Assembly (NCBI GenBank): GCA_963727775.1
Contig: CAVSHB010000002.1
Coordinates: 544,001-608,000, forward strand
Direction of reading: 5' to 3'
DNA length: 64,000 nt
From: an uncultured Nitrospiraceae bacterium
GTDB lineage: Bacteria > Nitrospirota > Thermodesulfovibrionia > Thermodesulfovibrionales > SM23-35
Within the stretch, counting starts at the first letter, position 1. Each line of letters begins with the position of its first letter. The notes beneath the pieces were generated by a model that ran no database searches, was not told the origin of the DNA, and was given only the letters and a program-made list of their open reading frames with translations. This document shows positions 1-9,203 of the stretch, piece by piece. Both the position numbers and the translations under genes were made by a program.

Positions 1-498
1 CATCGCAATGTTCTTAATTGCGCCCGCATAACCCGCCTGTATGTGCCCTTTTACATGGGAACATACAACCATCGCGGGAACGTCGTGTATGACACTTGCT
101 ACTGCAATCTCCCCGAGTATCTCGCCTGCCTTTACCATGATGCTGTCGTTCCCATAAAGTCCGTCCCCAAGCACAACAGGGGCCCCGACGGAAAGGTGGT
201 TTATCCCGTTCTGGTTAGCTACCTCAAGGTAATCGAGGCCTTTAATCCGCACAGTATCGGTGACAAAAGGTTTTGCTCCAAGCCTGTTTAACGCATCGAC
301 GACCTTCCTCAAAAAGACCGGCCTCACTATTCTGTGGGCGCCTTCGGACCCTAAATGTGTTTTCACGGCAACCCATTCATTGGGCTCAAAATAATCGGAC
401 AGGTTAATTTTTTCAAGAAGCTGTTCAAGCTTTCCCGGCATGCTTTCATCATATTTCCATTTCATGGCGCGCGCGGAAGCGAAATAAACTTTTGACAT
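1..498 (-). CDS. DUF362-domain protein (5' part; runs off the window edge)
   Basis: Hand-translated open frame from ATG at 498 (RBS AAGGAGG upstream): MSKVYFASARAMKW...VAVKTHLG...SHVKGHIQAGYAGAIKNIAM. VAVKxH and SHxKGH...GAIKNIAM are typical of DUF362. Not in the supplied ORF track because it has no stop in the window. Confidence 0.8.
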   Translation of the reverse strand, partial: MSKVYFASARAMKWKYDESMPGKLEQLLEKINLSDYFEPNEWVAVKTHLGSEGAHRIVRPVFLRKVVDALNRLGAKPFVTDTVRIKGLDYLEVANQNGINHLSVGAPVVLGDGLYGNDSIMVKAGEILGEIAVASVIHDVPAMVVCSHVKGHIQAGYAGAIKNIAM

Positions 499-609
499 AT
501 TCCCTCCTTTAAATCCGTATAGGTGGCTGCTGGTTCTATTATATCAATTTTATAGGTTCAAATTTGGATAGTTTCCGTGTAAAATGGAACAAAAAAGGAA
601 AGGAAGGCC

Positions 610-1329
610 ATGTATATTTTAGAGAACATAACCATGAGTGAGTTCAAGAAATACCTGAAACTGACAAAGACCATTGTGTTCCCCTTTGGGACGATTGAAG
701 AGCATGGAAGTCATCTGCCCCTGAATACCGATACTTTCATTGTCCAAGAGGTCCTTAAGCTGGTTGCAAAAAGGAAGAAATTCTTTCTTGCTCCGGTCCT
801 TCAGTACGGCGTGTGCACTACAACGAAAGACCATCCCGGAACTATAAGCATTGCCCCGGAGACATTGCGGAGATTTTCGTTCGACCTTGTGAATGAAGCG
901 TATAAAAAAGGATTGAGGAACTTCCTGCTTATTTCAGGCCACGGCGGAAGCCTCCATATGTCGGCGCTGAAGGAGACGGCAGAAATATTGATAGAAAATT
1001 TGGAAGGCATAAAAATTGGTGTATTGTCACCTTATGATGTCTTATGGAAGGAACTTTCTGGGATCGCTGAAACTCCGAATGATTCTCACGCAGGCGAGCT
1101 CGAAACATCGATAATGCTCTATTTATCGCCTGACCTGGTAAAGGGAAGGGCAGCTGAAGAGTATCCCAATATTCCAAAACCTTTTGTCGTAAAGGATAAG
1201 GTCGGATACTGGCCGGGGGGCGTATGGGGGAACCCGAAAAAGGCATCGCCGGAAAAAGGGGAAAAGGCGATGAAGCTTATTGCCGATAAGATCGTTGAAA
1301 TATTGGACAAGATCGAGTCGATGAAATAG
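610..1329 (+). CDS. creatininase / creatinine amidohydrolase family protein
   Basis: Motifs EEHGSHLPLNTD, SGHGG, HAGELETS and GVWGNP. Confidence 0.9.
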   Translation: MYILENITMSEFKKYLKLTKTIVFPFGTIEEHGSHLPLNTDTFIVQEVLKLVAKRKKFFLAPVLQYGVCTTTKDHPGTISIAPETLRRFSFDLVNEAYKKGLRNFLLISGHGGSLHMSALKETAEILIENLEGIKIGVLSPYDVLWKELSGIAETPNDSHAGELETSIMLYLSPDLVKGRAAEEYPNIPKPFVVKDKVGYWPGGVWGNPKKASPEKGEKAMKLIADKIVEILDKIESMK

Positions 1330-1490
1330 CAGTTATCCCGGATACTCTATATATCAATAAAGAATAGCAATATTATAGAATTTTAAGCCTCCTATCAGTA
1401 TTCAGCTCGTTCTGCGTAAATAAATTATACCCATATTAATACCCATATATTGGTATTGCTATGTTAGCCTATCTATGGTATAGTGGACAT

Positions 1491-1778
1491 ATGAGGAAAG
1501 TCCGTTTTGAATGGGATGAGCAGAAAGATAAGGAAAACCAAGCGAAACACAATATCGCTTTTTCATTAGCTCAACATGCTTTTCTTGATCCCAACCGTGT
1601 GATAGTTGAAGATGTTAATCATAGCACAGAAGAGGAACGATTTTACTGCATTGGCCGCGTAGGTGATGGCATAATGACCGTAAGGTTTTCTTATAGAGGT
1701 AACGTTATCCGCAGCCATGGTGCGGGATATTGGAGAAAAGGGAGGAAAATATATGAAGACCAAAATAAAGTACACTGA
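1491..1778 (+). CDS. BrnT-family toxin
   Basis: FEWDEQKDKENQAKHNIAF...EERFYCIG...VIR pattern; start placed at MRKVRFEWD. Confidence 0.85.
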   Translation: MRKVRFEWDEQKDKENQAKHNIAFSLAQHAFLDPNRVIVEDVNHSTEEERFYCIGRVGDGIMTVRFSYRGNVIRSHGAGYWRKGRKIYEDQNKVH

Positions 1779-1992
1779 AGAACCACTGGGAGAATTGAGG
1801 ATCGTTAAGGATTTTCTTCCTAGACCGGAACAGTTAGCATTGAAGGAAGAAAACGTCAAGATTACAATTTCCCTGAAGAAATCAAGCATTGAATTTTTCA
1901 AAAAAAAGGCTAAAGAGCAGCATACGTCGTATCAGAAAATGATCCGTCGGCTTGTAGATTGGTATACCTCACAACATCAAAAGAACGCATAA
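1753..1992 (+). CDS. BrnA/CopG-like antitoxin
   Basis: Overlaps the toxin 3' end; DFLPRPEQL...KITISL...FFK...YQKMIRRLVD ribbon-helix-helix-like C-terminus; RBS GGAGG. Confidence 0.8.
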   Translation: MKTKIKYTEEPLGELRIVKDFLPRPEQLALKEENVKITISLKKSSIEFFKKKAKEQHTSYQKMIRRLVDWYTSQHQKNA

Positions 1993-2052
1993 CAAATCAG
2001 TTTACAGGTTGCGGCAATACTGCCGCCGCATCTGTGAGTTCAGTCGTTATGC
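1987..2052 (+). other. attC-like integron recombination site
   Basis: GCATAAC (overlapping the antitoxin TAA stop) to GTTATGC are exact complements 66 bp apart, with an inner imperfect palindrome TTTACAGG..TGCGGC-AATACT-GCCGC..TCTGTGAG. Confidence 0.7.
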
Positions 2053-2122
2053 CAGGCAATAACAACAAACAGGTCATTCAAGCGGCTTGATTTCCTGCGC
2101 GTCATCCTTTATCCTTCTTGGT

Positions 2123-3739
2123 ATGACAGAAGAGACCACGGATTTCCTCATCATCGGGAGCGGCGTCGCGGGGCTCAGGGCCGCTATAGAGCTTGCGCCG
2201 CACGGGAACGTCCTCGTCGTAACAAAAGACAGGACCGCGGAAAGCAGCACCGAATATGCGCAGGGTGGAATCGCTGTAGCGCTGAGTGATGAAGACGAGG
2301 TCGGTATCCACTTCGAAGATACATTAAGAGCAGGTGACGGGCTTTGCAGGGAAGACGCCGTAAAAATACTCGTTGAAGAAGGACCTGAAAGGATACTCGA
2401 ACTCATATCATGGGGGGCCGAGTTTGACAAGGAAGGGACAAAGCTTGATTTTACTATGGAGGCCGCTCATTCAAGGAAGAGGGTGCTCCACGCGCACGGT
2501 GATTCCACCGGGAAAGAGCTTGAAAGGGCGCTGCTCAGTAAGGTCCGGTCATTCCCCTCCGTTAAGAAATATCCCTTTGCCTTTACGGAAGCCCTCATCG
2601 TAAATGATGGGAAGTGCTGCGGGGCAAATATCCTGGCCGGCGGCGAGACAATCGCTCTATTCGCAAAGGCGACAATTCTTGCTACGGGCGGCAGCGGTCA
2701 GATATTTTCGAAGACGACAAACCCTGCGGTAGCAACCGGAGACGGAATGGCCATTGCTTTTCGGGCGGGTGCCATCCTTAAGGACCTGGAATTTATCCAG
2801 TTCCACCCTACAGTCCTTTTTGCTCCGTCTGCCCCACAGTTTTTGTTGAGTGAAGCGATGAGAGGGGAAGGAGCAGTTTTAAGGAATATTTACAGAGAGA
2901 CATTTATGAAAGATTATCACCCCGATGCCGAGCTTGCGCCGAGGGATATAGTCACAAGGGCAATATTGTCACAGATGGTAAGGACAAAAAGCGCTCATGT
3001 TTACCTGGACCTTACTCATCTTAATGCGGATTTTATAAAGAACAGGTTCCCGAGGATTTATTCAACCTGTCTGCAATATGACATAGACATTACCAAAGAG
3101 CTCGTCCCGGTATCTCCTGCCGCCCATTATATTATGGGTGGAGTGGAAACGGACACGGACGGCGCTACGAGTATCGGAGGACTCTACGCAGCCGGTGAGG
3201 TCGCGTGCACCGGCGTGCACGGCGCCAACAGACTTGCTTCAAATAGTCTCCTTGAAGGGCTTGTCTTTGGAGCGAGGGCGGGAAAAGCCTCGGCTGAATA
3301 CGGATTGAGGGTTACGGCCGGCATGTTGCAGCATTCAGCGGCTGTCCTCAGTAAAGATGAAATGTCCCCGGATTTTCCGCGTGCAAGGGAAAGACTTCAT
3401 GCGCCGAATTTTAATTTTGACATGGAAGAGATAAGGCATTCATTAAGGAAAATAATGTGGGAGAGGGCGGGGATAATAAGGTGTGAGGAATCTCTGGGGG
3501 AAGCGAGGAAAAAACTTGCTGAATGGTCGTTTATCCTCAGCCGGGAATTTGATAAAAGGCGTGAACTCGAGCTGAAGAATATGCTTGAATTATCAATGCT
3601 GATAACGGAGTCTGCCAGTCTGAGGAGGGGCAGTGTCGGCGCGCACTACAGGTCTGATTTCCCGCAAAAAGGCGCGGGCTGGGAAAAGCATATAACTTGC
3701 AAAAAGGAAACAGAAGGAGTTGCCTGTGAGTTTGTTTAA
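2123..3739 (+). CDS. nadB: L-aspartate oxidase
   Basis: IIGSGVAGL, AQGGIA, EAAHS..RVLH, FIQFHPT, SEAMRGEG, ELAPRD, AHYIMGG, GVHGANRLASNSLLEG. Confidence 0.95.
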   Translation: MTEETTDFLIIGSGVAGLRAAIELAPHGNVLVVTKDRTAESSTEYAQGGIAVALSDEDEVGIHFEDTLRAGDGLCREDAVKILVEEGPERILELISWGAEFDKEGTKLDFTMEAAHSRKRVLHAHGDSTGKELERALLSKVRSFPSVKKYPFAFTEALIVNDGKCCGANILAGGETIALFAKATILATGGSGQIFSKTTNPAVATGDGMAIAFRAGAILKDLEFIQFHPTVLFAPSAPQFLLSEAMRGEGAVLRNIYRETFMKDYHPDAELAPRDIVTRAILSQMVRTKSAHVYLDLTHLNADFIKNRFPRIYSTCLQYDIDITKELVPVSPAAHYIMGGVETDTDGATSIGGLYAAGEVACTGVHGANRLASNSLLEGLVFGARAGKASAEYGLRVTAGMLQHSAAVLSKDEMSPDFPRARERLHAPNFNFDMEEIRHSLRKIMWERAGIIRCEESLGEARKKLAEWSFILSREFDKRRELELKNMLELSMLITESASLRRGSVGAHYRSDFPQKGAGWEKHITCKKETEGVACEFV

Positions 3740-5150
3740 TAAGAAACAGAGAAAGGCAAAGATAATCTGCACCATCGGACCAGCATCGGCGAATAGAGAG
3801 ATTATCTCCTCCTTAATAAAGAACGGGATGGACGTTGCACGGTTAAATTTTTCTCATGGAGACCATGCTGCTCATCAGAAAAGCATAGAGCTTATCCGCG
3901 ATATTTCCGGGAAATACGATAAGCCGGTTGCAATACTGCAAGATCTTCAGGGGGTGAAGATCAGGGCGGGACGTATCGAAGGAGGCGCTATTGAACTGAA
4001 AAAAGGCGGGAAACTTCTCCTGATGCCCGGCGATGGCATCGGGAATCAGGACCGGATATTTATTTCTTATCCCGCGCTTCTGAAGGACGTTAAGAAGGGA
4101 GACGGAATCCTCCTGGACGACGGCCTGATCCAGCTTGCCGTTATCGGAAAGGCAATAAACGCCTTGAGGACAAAGGTAATAGAAGGGGGTACATTAAGAG
4201 ACAGAAAGGGGGTCAATTTCCCCGGGCTGAAATTGTCCGTCAGATCGTTTACCGCAAAGGACAAAGAGGACCTGCTGTTTGGAATTCATATGGGAATAGA
4301 TTACGTCGCCATATCTTTTGTGCGGGAGGCCGGTGATATAAGAAAGGTCAGAGATTTGCTTAAAAGAAAGAATCAGCATGTCCCAATCATTGCGAAAATA
4401 GAGAAGCCCGAGGCATTGGATAATATTGATGAAATACTCTCAGAGGCTGACGGAATAATGATAGCAAGGGGAGACCTCGGCGTGGAGATGCCCCCTGAAG
4501 AAGTCCCGCTGATTCAGAAAGGGCTGATTGAAAAGGCCAACAACAAAGGTAAGACCGTGATCACCGCAACACAAATGCTCGAATCAATGACGGAACATCT
4601 TAGGCCGACAAGAGCGGAGGCAACGGACGTCGCCAATGCGGTGCTTGACGGGACAGATGCGTTAATGCTCTCTGCTGAAACGGCAACCGGGAATTACCCT
4701 GTTGAGACGGTAAGAATGATGGACAGGATTATACGGCATACAGAGTATATGAAGGCGGGCGCGGCTTCATATACGCGTGGCAATACATATGCAGAAGCTA
4801 CTGCGGATGCGGCCTGCAGGGCTGCCGAGGATATAGATGCAAAAGTGCTGGTTGCCTTTACCCAATCGGGTTTTACTGCAAGGCTTTTGTCGAAGTTCAG
4901 ACCCGGAGTCCCGATTATTGCTTTTGCCCCTGATGAAAAAATAAGAAACAGGGGATGCATCTATTGGGGAGTCACGCCGAAAATAATGAAGCTGCCCGCA
5001 ACTACTGACGAGATGATATCCGAAGTGGAAAGGCTGCTGGTGAAGGAGCATATTGTGAGAAAAGGCGACAGCATCGTAATTACGTCGAGTTCGCCGTTAT
5101 CAACGCAAGGAAAGACTAATTTCATGAAACTCCACAGGATAGAAGAATAA
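3726..5150 (+). CDS. pyk: pyruvate kinase
   Basis: [49 protein letters not shown] start after GAAGGAG. Confidence 0.97.
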   Translation: MSLFNKKQRKAKIICTIGPASANREIISSLIKNGMDVARLNFSHGDHAAHQKSIELIRDISGKYDKPVAILQDLQGVKIRAGRIEGGAIELKKGGKLLLMPGDGIGNQDRIFISYPALLKDVKKGDGILLDDGLIQLAVIGKAINALRTKVIEGGTLRDRKGVNFPGLKLSVRSFTAKDKEDLLFGIHMGIDYVAISFVREAGDIRKVRDLLKRKNQHVPIIAKIEKPEALDNIDEILSEADGIMIARGDLGVEMPPEEVPLIQKGLIEKANNKGKTVITATQMLESMTEHLRPTRAEATDVANAVLDGTDALMLSAETATGNYPVETVRMMDRIIRHTEYMKAGAASYTRGNTYAEATADAACRAAEDIDAKVLVAFTQSGFTARLLSKFRPGVPIIAFAPDEKIRNRGCIYWGVTPKIMKLPATTDEMISEVERLLVKEHIVRKGDSIVITSSSPLSTQGKTNFMKLHRIEE

Positions 5151-5172
5151 AATTGTATTATATCGAGGAGAG

Positions 5173-7173
5173 ATGAATATCTTCAAAAAATCGGATGACA
5201 AACAACAGCTTGCCGCCATAGAAGAATTCCGGCAAAAGATCGCCTCGGCAAATATGCCGCCCAATGTCCTGCAGATCGCCGAGAAAGAACTTGATATGCT
5301 GTCGAAGATAAGCCCGGCAACAGCGGAATATACAATAAGTCTCACTTATATTGATTATCTGGTCGGCCTTCCCTGGAACAAAAAGACATCCGACAATCTC
5401 GATCTCGAAAGGGCCGAAAGTATTTTGAATGAAAGGCATTATGGCCTGAGTGAAGTCAAGGAAAGGATCATCGAGCACCTGGCGGTCAAGATACTGGTGA
5501 TGAACAAAAGACCCGTGATCCTGGTGGTTGATGATGAGGAGATTGCGAGGAACAATCTTGAGCATATCCTGGAAAAAGAAGACTATACGGTGGTCGTCGC
5601 AAAAAACGGGATGGAGGCCGTTGAAAAGATAGAGACCTCTGTTTTTGATGTTGTCCTGACCGATCTTAAGATGGAAAAAGTCAACGGGATCGACGTTCTT
5701 GAAAAGACAAAAAGCAAATATCCGGACACACAGGTCATTATGATTACCGCTTATGCAGCGGTTGATACGGCCATAGAGGCCATGAAAAGAGGTGCGTTCC
5801 ATTATATCGCAAAACCGTTCAGGCTTGAAGAGGTAAGATCGACCGTTAAACAGGCGCTTGACAGGAAGCTTTCTTCGGTTTCCGCAAAGGGATCTATCCT
5901 TTGTTTCTCAGGTCCTCCAGGTACCGGCAAGACTTCGCTGGGCAAGTCCGTTGCGGAGGCTTTGGGTAGAAAATTCGCGAGGATTTCGGTTGGAGGTATG
6001 AAAGACGAGGCCGAGATAAGAGGCCATAGGAGGACATACGCCGGCGCGATGCCCGGACGGATCATCGAAGAAATCCGCCGCGCGGAGTTTTCCAACCCCG
6101 TCATCATGCTGGATGAAGCAGACAAAATCGGTCAGGATTTTAAAGGGGATCCCGCTTCTGCATTGCTGGAGGTCCTCGATCCGGAGCAGAACCGGAGTTT
6201 CATCGACCATTACCTGGACGTGCCGTTTGATCTTTCAAATGTCATGTTTATTGTGACGGCCAATATTGCAGACAATATCCAGGAACCCCTCAGGGACCGC
6301 ATGGAAATAATAGATTTCTCCGGTTATACGGAAGATGAAAAAACGAAGATAGCGATGCGCCACCTGGTACCTAAACAGATCCGGGAACAGGGACTGTCGG
6401 ATTATCCGCCTGAATTTGACGTTGAGGCAGTAGTTAAGGTAATCAACGATTATACCAGGGAGGCCGGCACAAGGAACCTTGAAAGGCAGATTTCCACTAT
6501 CTGCCGGAAGATTGCGACGGAGTTTGTACATCACAGAGAAACGAAACGGAGTATTAAGGTGACACCGGAGCTGGTCCAGAGGTTTTTAGGCCCGAGAAGG
6601 TATTACCTTGAGGTCGCGGATGAAAAGAATAAGGTCGGTGTTGTGACGGGTCTCGTATGGACCGAGGCAGGCGGGGATATAATCTTTGTAGAGGCGGCGC
6701 GGATGAAAGGCGGGAGAGACCTCATCCTCACCGGGTCGCTCGGAAACGTTATGCGCGAATCCGCCCAGGCGGCCTTAAGCTATATACGTAGCAACGCCGC
6801 TTTTTTCAATATCCCGGAAGATGTGTTCGAGAATAGCGATATACACATCCACGTCCCTGCCGGAGCCATTCCGAAGGACGGCCCTTCCGCCGGCGTTACA
6901 ATAGCGGCTTCCCTCATCTCGCTTTTAAAGGGAAGTCCCGCAAGACGCGACGTCGCGATTTCAGGCGAGATAACCTTGAGCGGCCGGATACTTCCGGTCG
7001 GAGGGGTCAAAGAAAAATTGCTTGCAGCGCGGCGGGCAGGGGTCAGGGTTGTAATATTGCCTTTCAAAAATAAAGTGGATGTAGAAAATCTCGCCGGGGA
7101 TGTTAAAGCCGGATTGGAAATCTTCCTTGTGGACAAGATAGAAGAGATTGTTGATAGGGTGCTGACAAAGTAA
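5173..7173 (+). CDS. lon: Lon (endopeptidase La) lacking the N-terminal substrate domain, with an inserted response-regulator receiver domain
   Basis: Walker [16 protein letters not shown], Walker [17 protein letters not shown], catalytic PKDGPSAG (Ser) and GVKEK (Lys). A REC domain (VVDDEE, LTDLKM, ITAY, KPF) lies at about 5510-5870. Confidence 0.93.
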   Translation: MNIFKKSDDKQQLAAIEEFRQKIASANMPPNVLQIAEKELDMLSKISPATAEYTISLTYIDYLVGLPWNKKTSDNLDLERAESILNERHYGLSEVKERIIEHLAVKILVMNKRPVILVVDDEEIARNNLEHILEKEDYTVVVAKNGMEAVEKIETSVFDVVLTDLKMEKVNGIDVLEKTKSKYPDTQVIMITAYAAVDTAIEAMKRGAFHYIAKPFRLEEVRSTVKQALDRKLSSVSAKGSILCFSGPPGTGKTSLGKSVAEALGRKFARISVGGMKDEAEIRGHRRTYAGAMPGRIIEEIRRAEFSNPVIMLDEADKIGQDFKGDPASALLEVLDPEQNRSFIDHYLDVPFDLSNVMFIVTANIADNIQEPLRDRMEIIDFSGYTEDEKTKIAMRHLVPKQIREQGLSDYPPEFDVEAVVKVINDYTREAGTRNLERQISTICRKIATEFVHHRETKRSIKVTPELVQRFLGPRRYYLEVADEKNKVGVVTGLVWTEAGGDIIFVEAARMKGGRDLILTGSLGNVMRESAQAALSYIRSNAAFFNIPEDVFENSDIHIHVPAGAIPKDGPSAGVTIAASLISLLKGSPARRDVAISGEITLSGRILPVGGVKEKLLAARRAGVRVVILPFKNKVDVENLAGDVKAGLEIFLVDKIEEIVDRVLTK

Positions 7174-7240
7174 CTTCACTCTGAAATCTGTGGCTTTTAC
7201 TCTGCCGGCACCTTACCAACAATCTCTTCTGCGGTCTGTT

Positions 7241-7420
7241 TTATTGCCTTTGTATACCGGGGGCCCTGAGTTCTTTTCTGCTCCTGGCCGCAGGCGATAT
7301 TCGGTCTGTTTTTTGCGGTTGTGCCTGTCCCAGCAATTCTCTGGCGGTGTTGAAATCCCCTTCTTCCGCAAAGGCCGCTGCTGCGAACATTGTTTCTAAC
7401 TTTTTTGCTAATCCTTTCAT
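7241..7420 (-). CDS. small protein (59 aa) with AAAFAEEG motif
   Basis: Hand-translated: MKGLAKKLETMFAAAAFAEEGDFNTARELLGQAQPQKTDRISPAARSRKELRAPGIQRQ*. Below the ORF-track length cutoff. Confidence 0.7.
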   Translation of the reverse strand: MKGLAKKLETMFAAAAFAEEGDFNTARELLGQAQPQKTDRISPAARSRKELRAPGIQRQ

Positions 7421-7449
7421 ATCTATTCTACTTTCTGACCTGTTATATA

Positions 7450-7465
7450 CTCATTTTTCATGCCA
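7450..7465 (-). promoter_or_regulatory. sigma54-like -24/-12 element upstream of the small protein
   Basis: Minus strand TGGCATG-AAAA-ATGAG: good -24, degenerate -12 (GA instead of GC), 30 bp upstream of the ATG. Confidence 0.45.
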
Positions 7466-7697
7466 GCATTTTTATTGTTATGTAACATATTGTTTAATAT
7501 TATTTTATTTGGATTGTGGGACATGCCGGCCTTCAATACAGACTTGATGCACAATGCAACAAAACCGCCGGTCACAATTTTCAAGGGGAGCATGGGGAGT
7601 AAAGACCGGTATCCTACTAAGCGGTTTTCGTACTATTACCTACTGTGTTGCAGAAAAAAGGTTAAGCATTGCTTTTTGCAATAGGAGGGTGTAAAAT

Positions 7698-9203
7698 TTG
7701 AATATGTTCAGATATAAGCCTAGCATAAGGAAAAAAATCATATTCGGATATTATGCCGGGATCGCCGTAATCATCTGGCTTTCTCTGTTTACCGTTATAG
7801 AGCTTTGGTATATAGAGAAAAAGGTGCAGTTCGGAGACGTCGTTACTGAATTCTTCGATACTACTCTTGAAATGAGGAGGTTCGAAAAAAATTTCTTTTT
7901 ATACGAAAAAAATGAAGACTATCTGGAAAATATGCAATACGTTGTGAAGGCACAGAACATACTCGACAAAAATATTAAGGGATATAAAGGGCTCGTAATC
8001 GCCCAGCAATTGGACATACTGCATGAGGACCTTAATGAATACGGATCGTTGATGGAGCGGTTCGCCGTGCTTGGCGGGAACAATGTCGACGTTAAGTCAA
8101 ATTTGGAGAAAGCGATACGGGCAAAGGGCAAGGAGATCATAACGATTTCCGAAGAAGTCTCAAAGATCGAGAAAGAAAGGCTCCAGGCATTGTTGAATAA
8201 AACCCGGAAGGTGCTCATCTTCTCGTTTATCTCCCTCTCTCTGTTGGGGATTGCAATAGGTCAGCTTCTGTCGAGGATGGTAGTAAAACCCTTGAAGGCG
8301 CTGGAAGAAAGGATGAAGCTGATATCAGAGGGGAAACTCGAGACCGTGTCGATAAAGTCAAAGGACCAGGAGATCGTGTCACTTACAAACGCCTTCAACA
8401 AAATGCTGAAGGAACTCGAAGTGAGACGGAAACATCTTGTCCAGAGAGAAAAGCTTGCATCGCTCGGGACATTGCTGTCAGGTGTCGCCCATGAGCTAAA
8501 CAACCCGTTGTCAAATATCTCATCCTCGTGCCAGATACTCATCGAAGAATTCGGCGACCCCGATATTGAATATCAGAAGGAGCTTCTCGGGCAGATCGAC
8601 GAACAGACGGACAGGGCAAAAAATATTGTCCGGTCATTGCTGGATTTTTCGAGGGACAAGGACTTCAAGAAGGAATACCTGCCGCTGAAGAAGATTTTTG
8701 AAGAGACAATCCTGTTCATTAGAGGTGAAATCCCGTCGAAGGTGCAAACCGTCCTCGATATCCCGGACGATATTGTTGTTTTTGCCGACAAGCAGAGGCT
8801 CGAACAGGCATTTTTGAACCTGATAAAAAACGCCGTCGATTCCATCCCGGACGAAGGCGGCGTGGTCATTAAGGCGAGAAAGCGGGCTTTCAGACCTGAG
8901 CAAGGAGAGAAAGCAGCGGGGTGTGTTTATGAAAGATACAAGGGGAAGTGCACAGGCACCTGCCCTTCTGAAGAGGACACTGTCGATATCGAGATCAGCG
9001 ACACAGGGGAAGGGATCCCTCCGGAGGTCCTTTCGAGAATATTCGACCCGTTTTTTACCACAAAGGATGTCGGAAAGGGTTCAGGTCTCGGACTTTTTAT
9101 AGTGCAGGAAATAATAGAAGAGCATGACGGCTGTATCGGGGTCGACAGCGAGTTCGGGAAAGGGACTTCTTTTTTAATAATATTACCTGTGAAGGAGCGA
9201 TGA
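7698..9203 (+). CDS. membrane sensor histidine kinase (2 TM, HAMP, HisKA, HATPase_c)
   Basis: H-box AHELNNPL, N-box NLIKNA, G1 DTGEGI, F-box FDPFFTTK, G2 GSGLGL. Confidence 0.95.
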   Translation: MNMFRYKPSIRKKIIFGYYAGIAVIIWLSLFTVIELWYIEKKVQFGDVVTEFFDTTLEMRRFEKNFFLYEKNEDYLENMQYVVKAQNILDKNIKGYKGLVIAQQLDILHEDLNEYGSLMERFAVLGGNNVDVKSNLEKAIRAKGKEIITISEEVSKIEKERLQALLNKTRKVLIFSFISLSLLGIAIGQLLSRMVVKPLKALEERMKLISEGKLETVSIKSKDQEIVSLTNAFNKMLKELEVRRKHLVQREKLASLGTLLSGVAHELNNPLSNISSSCQILIEEFGDPDIEYQKELLGQIDEQTDRAKNIVRSLLDFSRDKDFKKEYLPLKKIFEETILFIRGEIPSKVQTVLDIPDDIVVFADKQRLEQAFLNLIKNAVDSIPDEGGVVIKARKRAFRPEQGEKAAGCVYERYKGKCTGTCPSEEDTVDIEISDTGEGIPPEVLSRIFDPFFTTKDVGKGSGLGLFIVQEIIEEHDGCIGVDSEFGKGTSFLIILPVKER

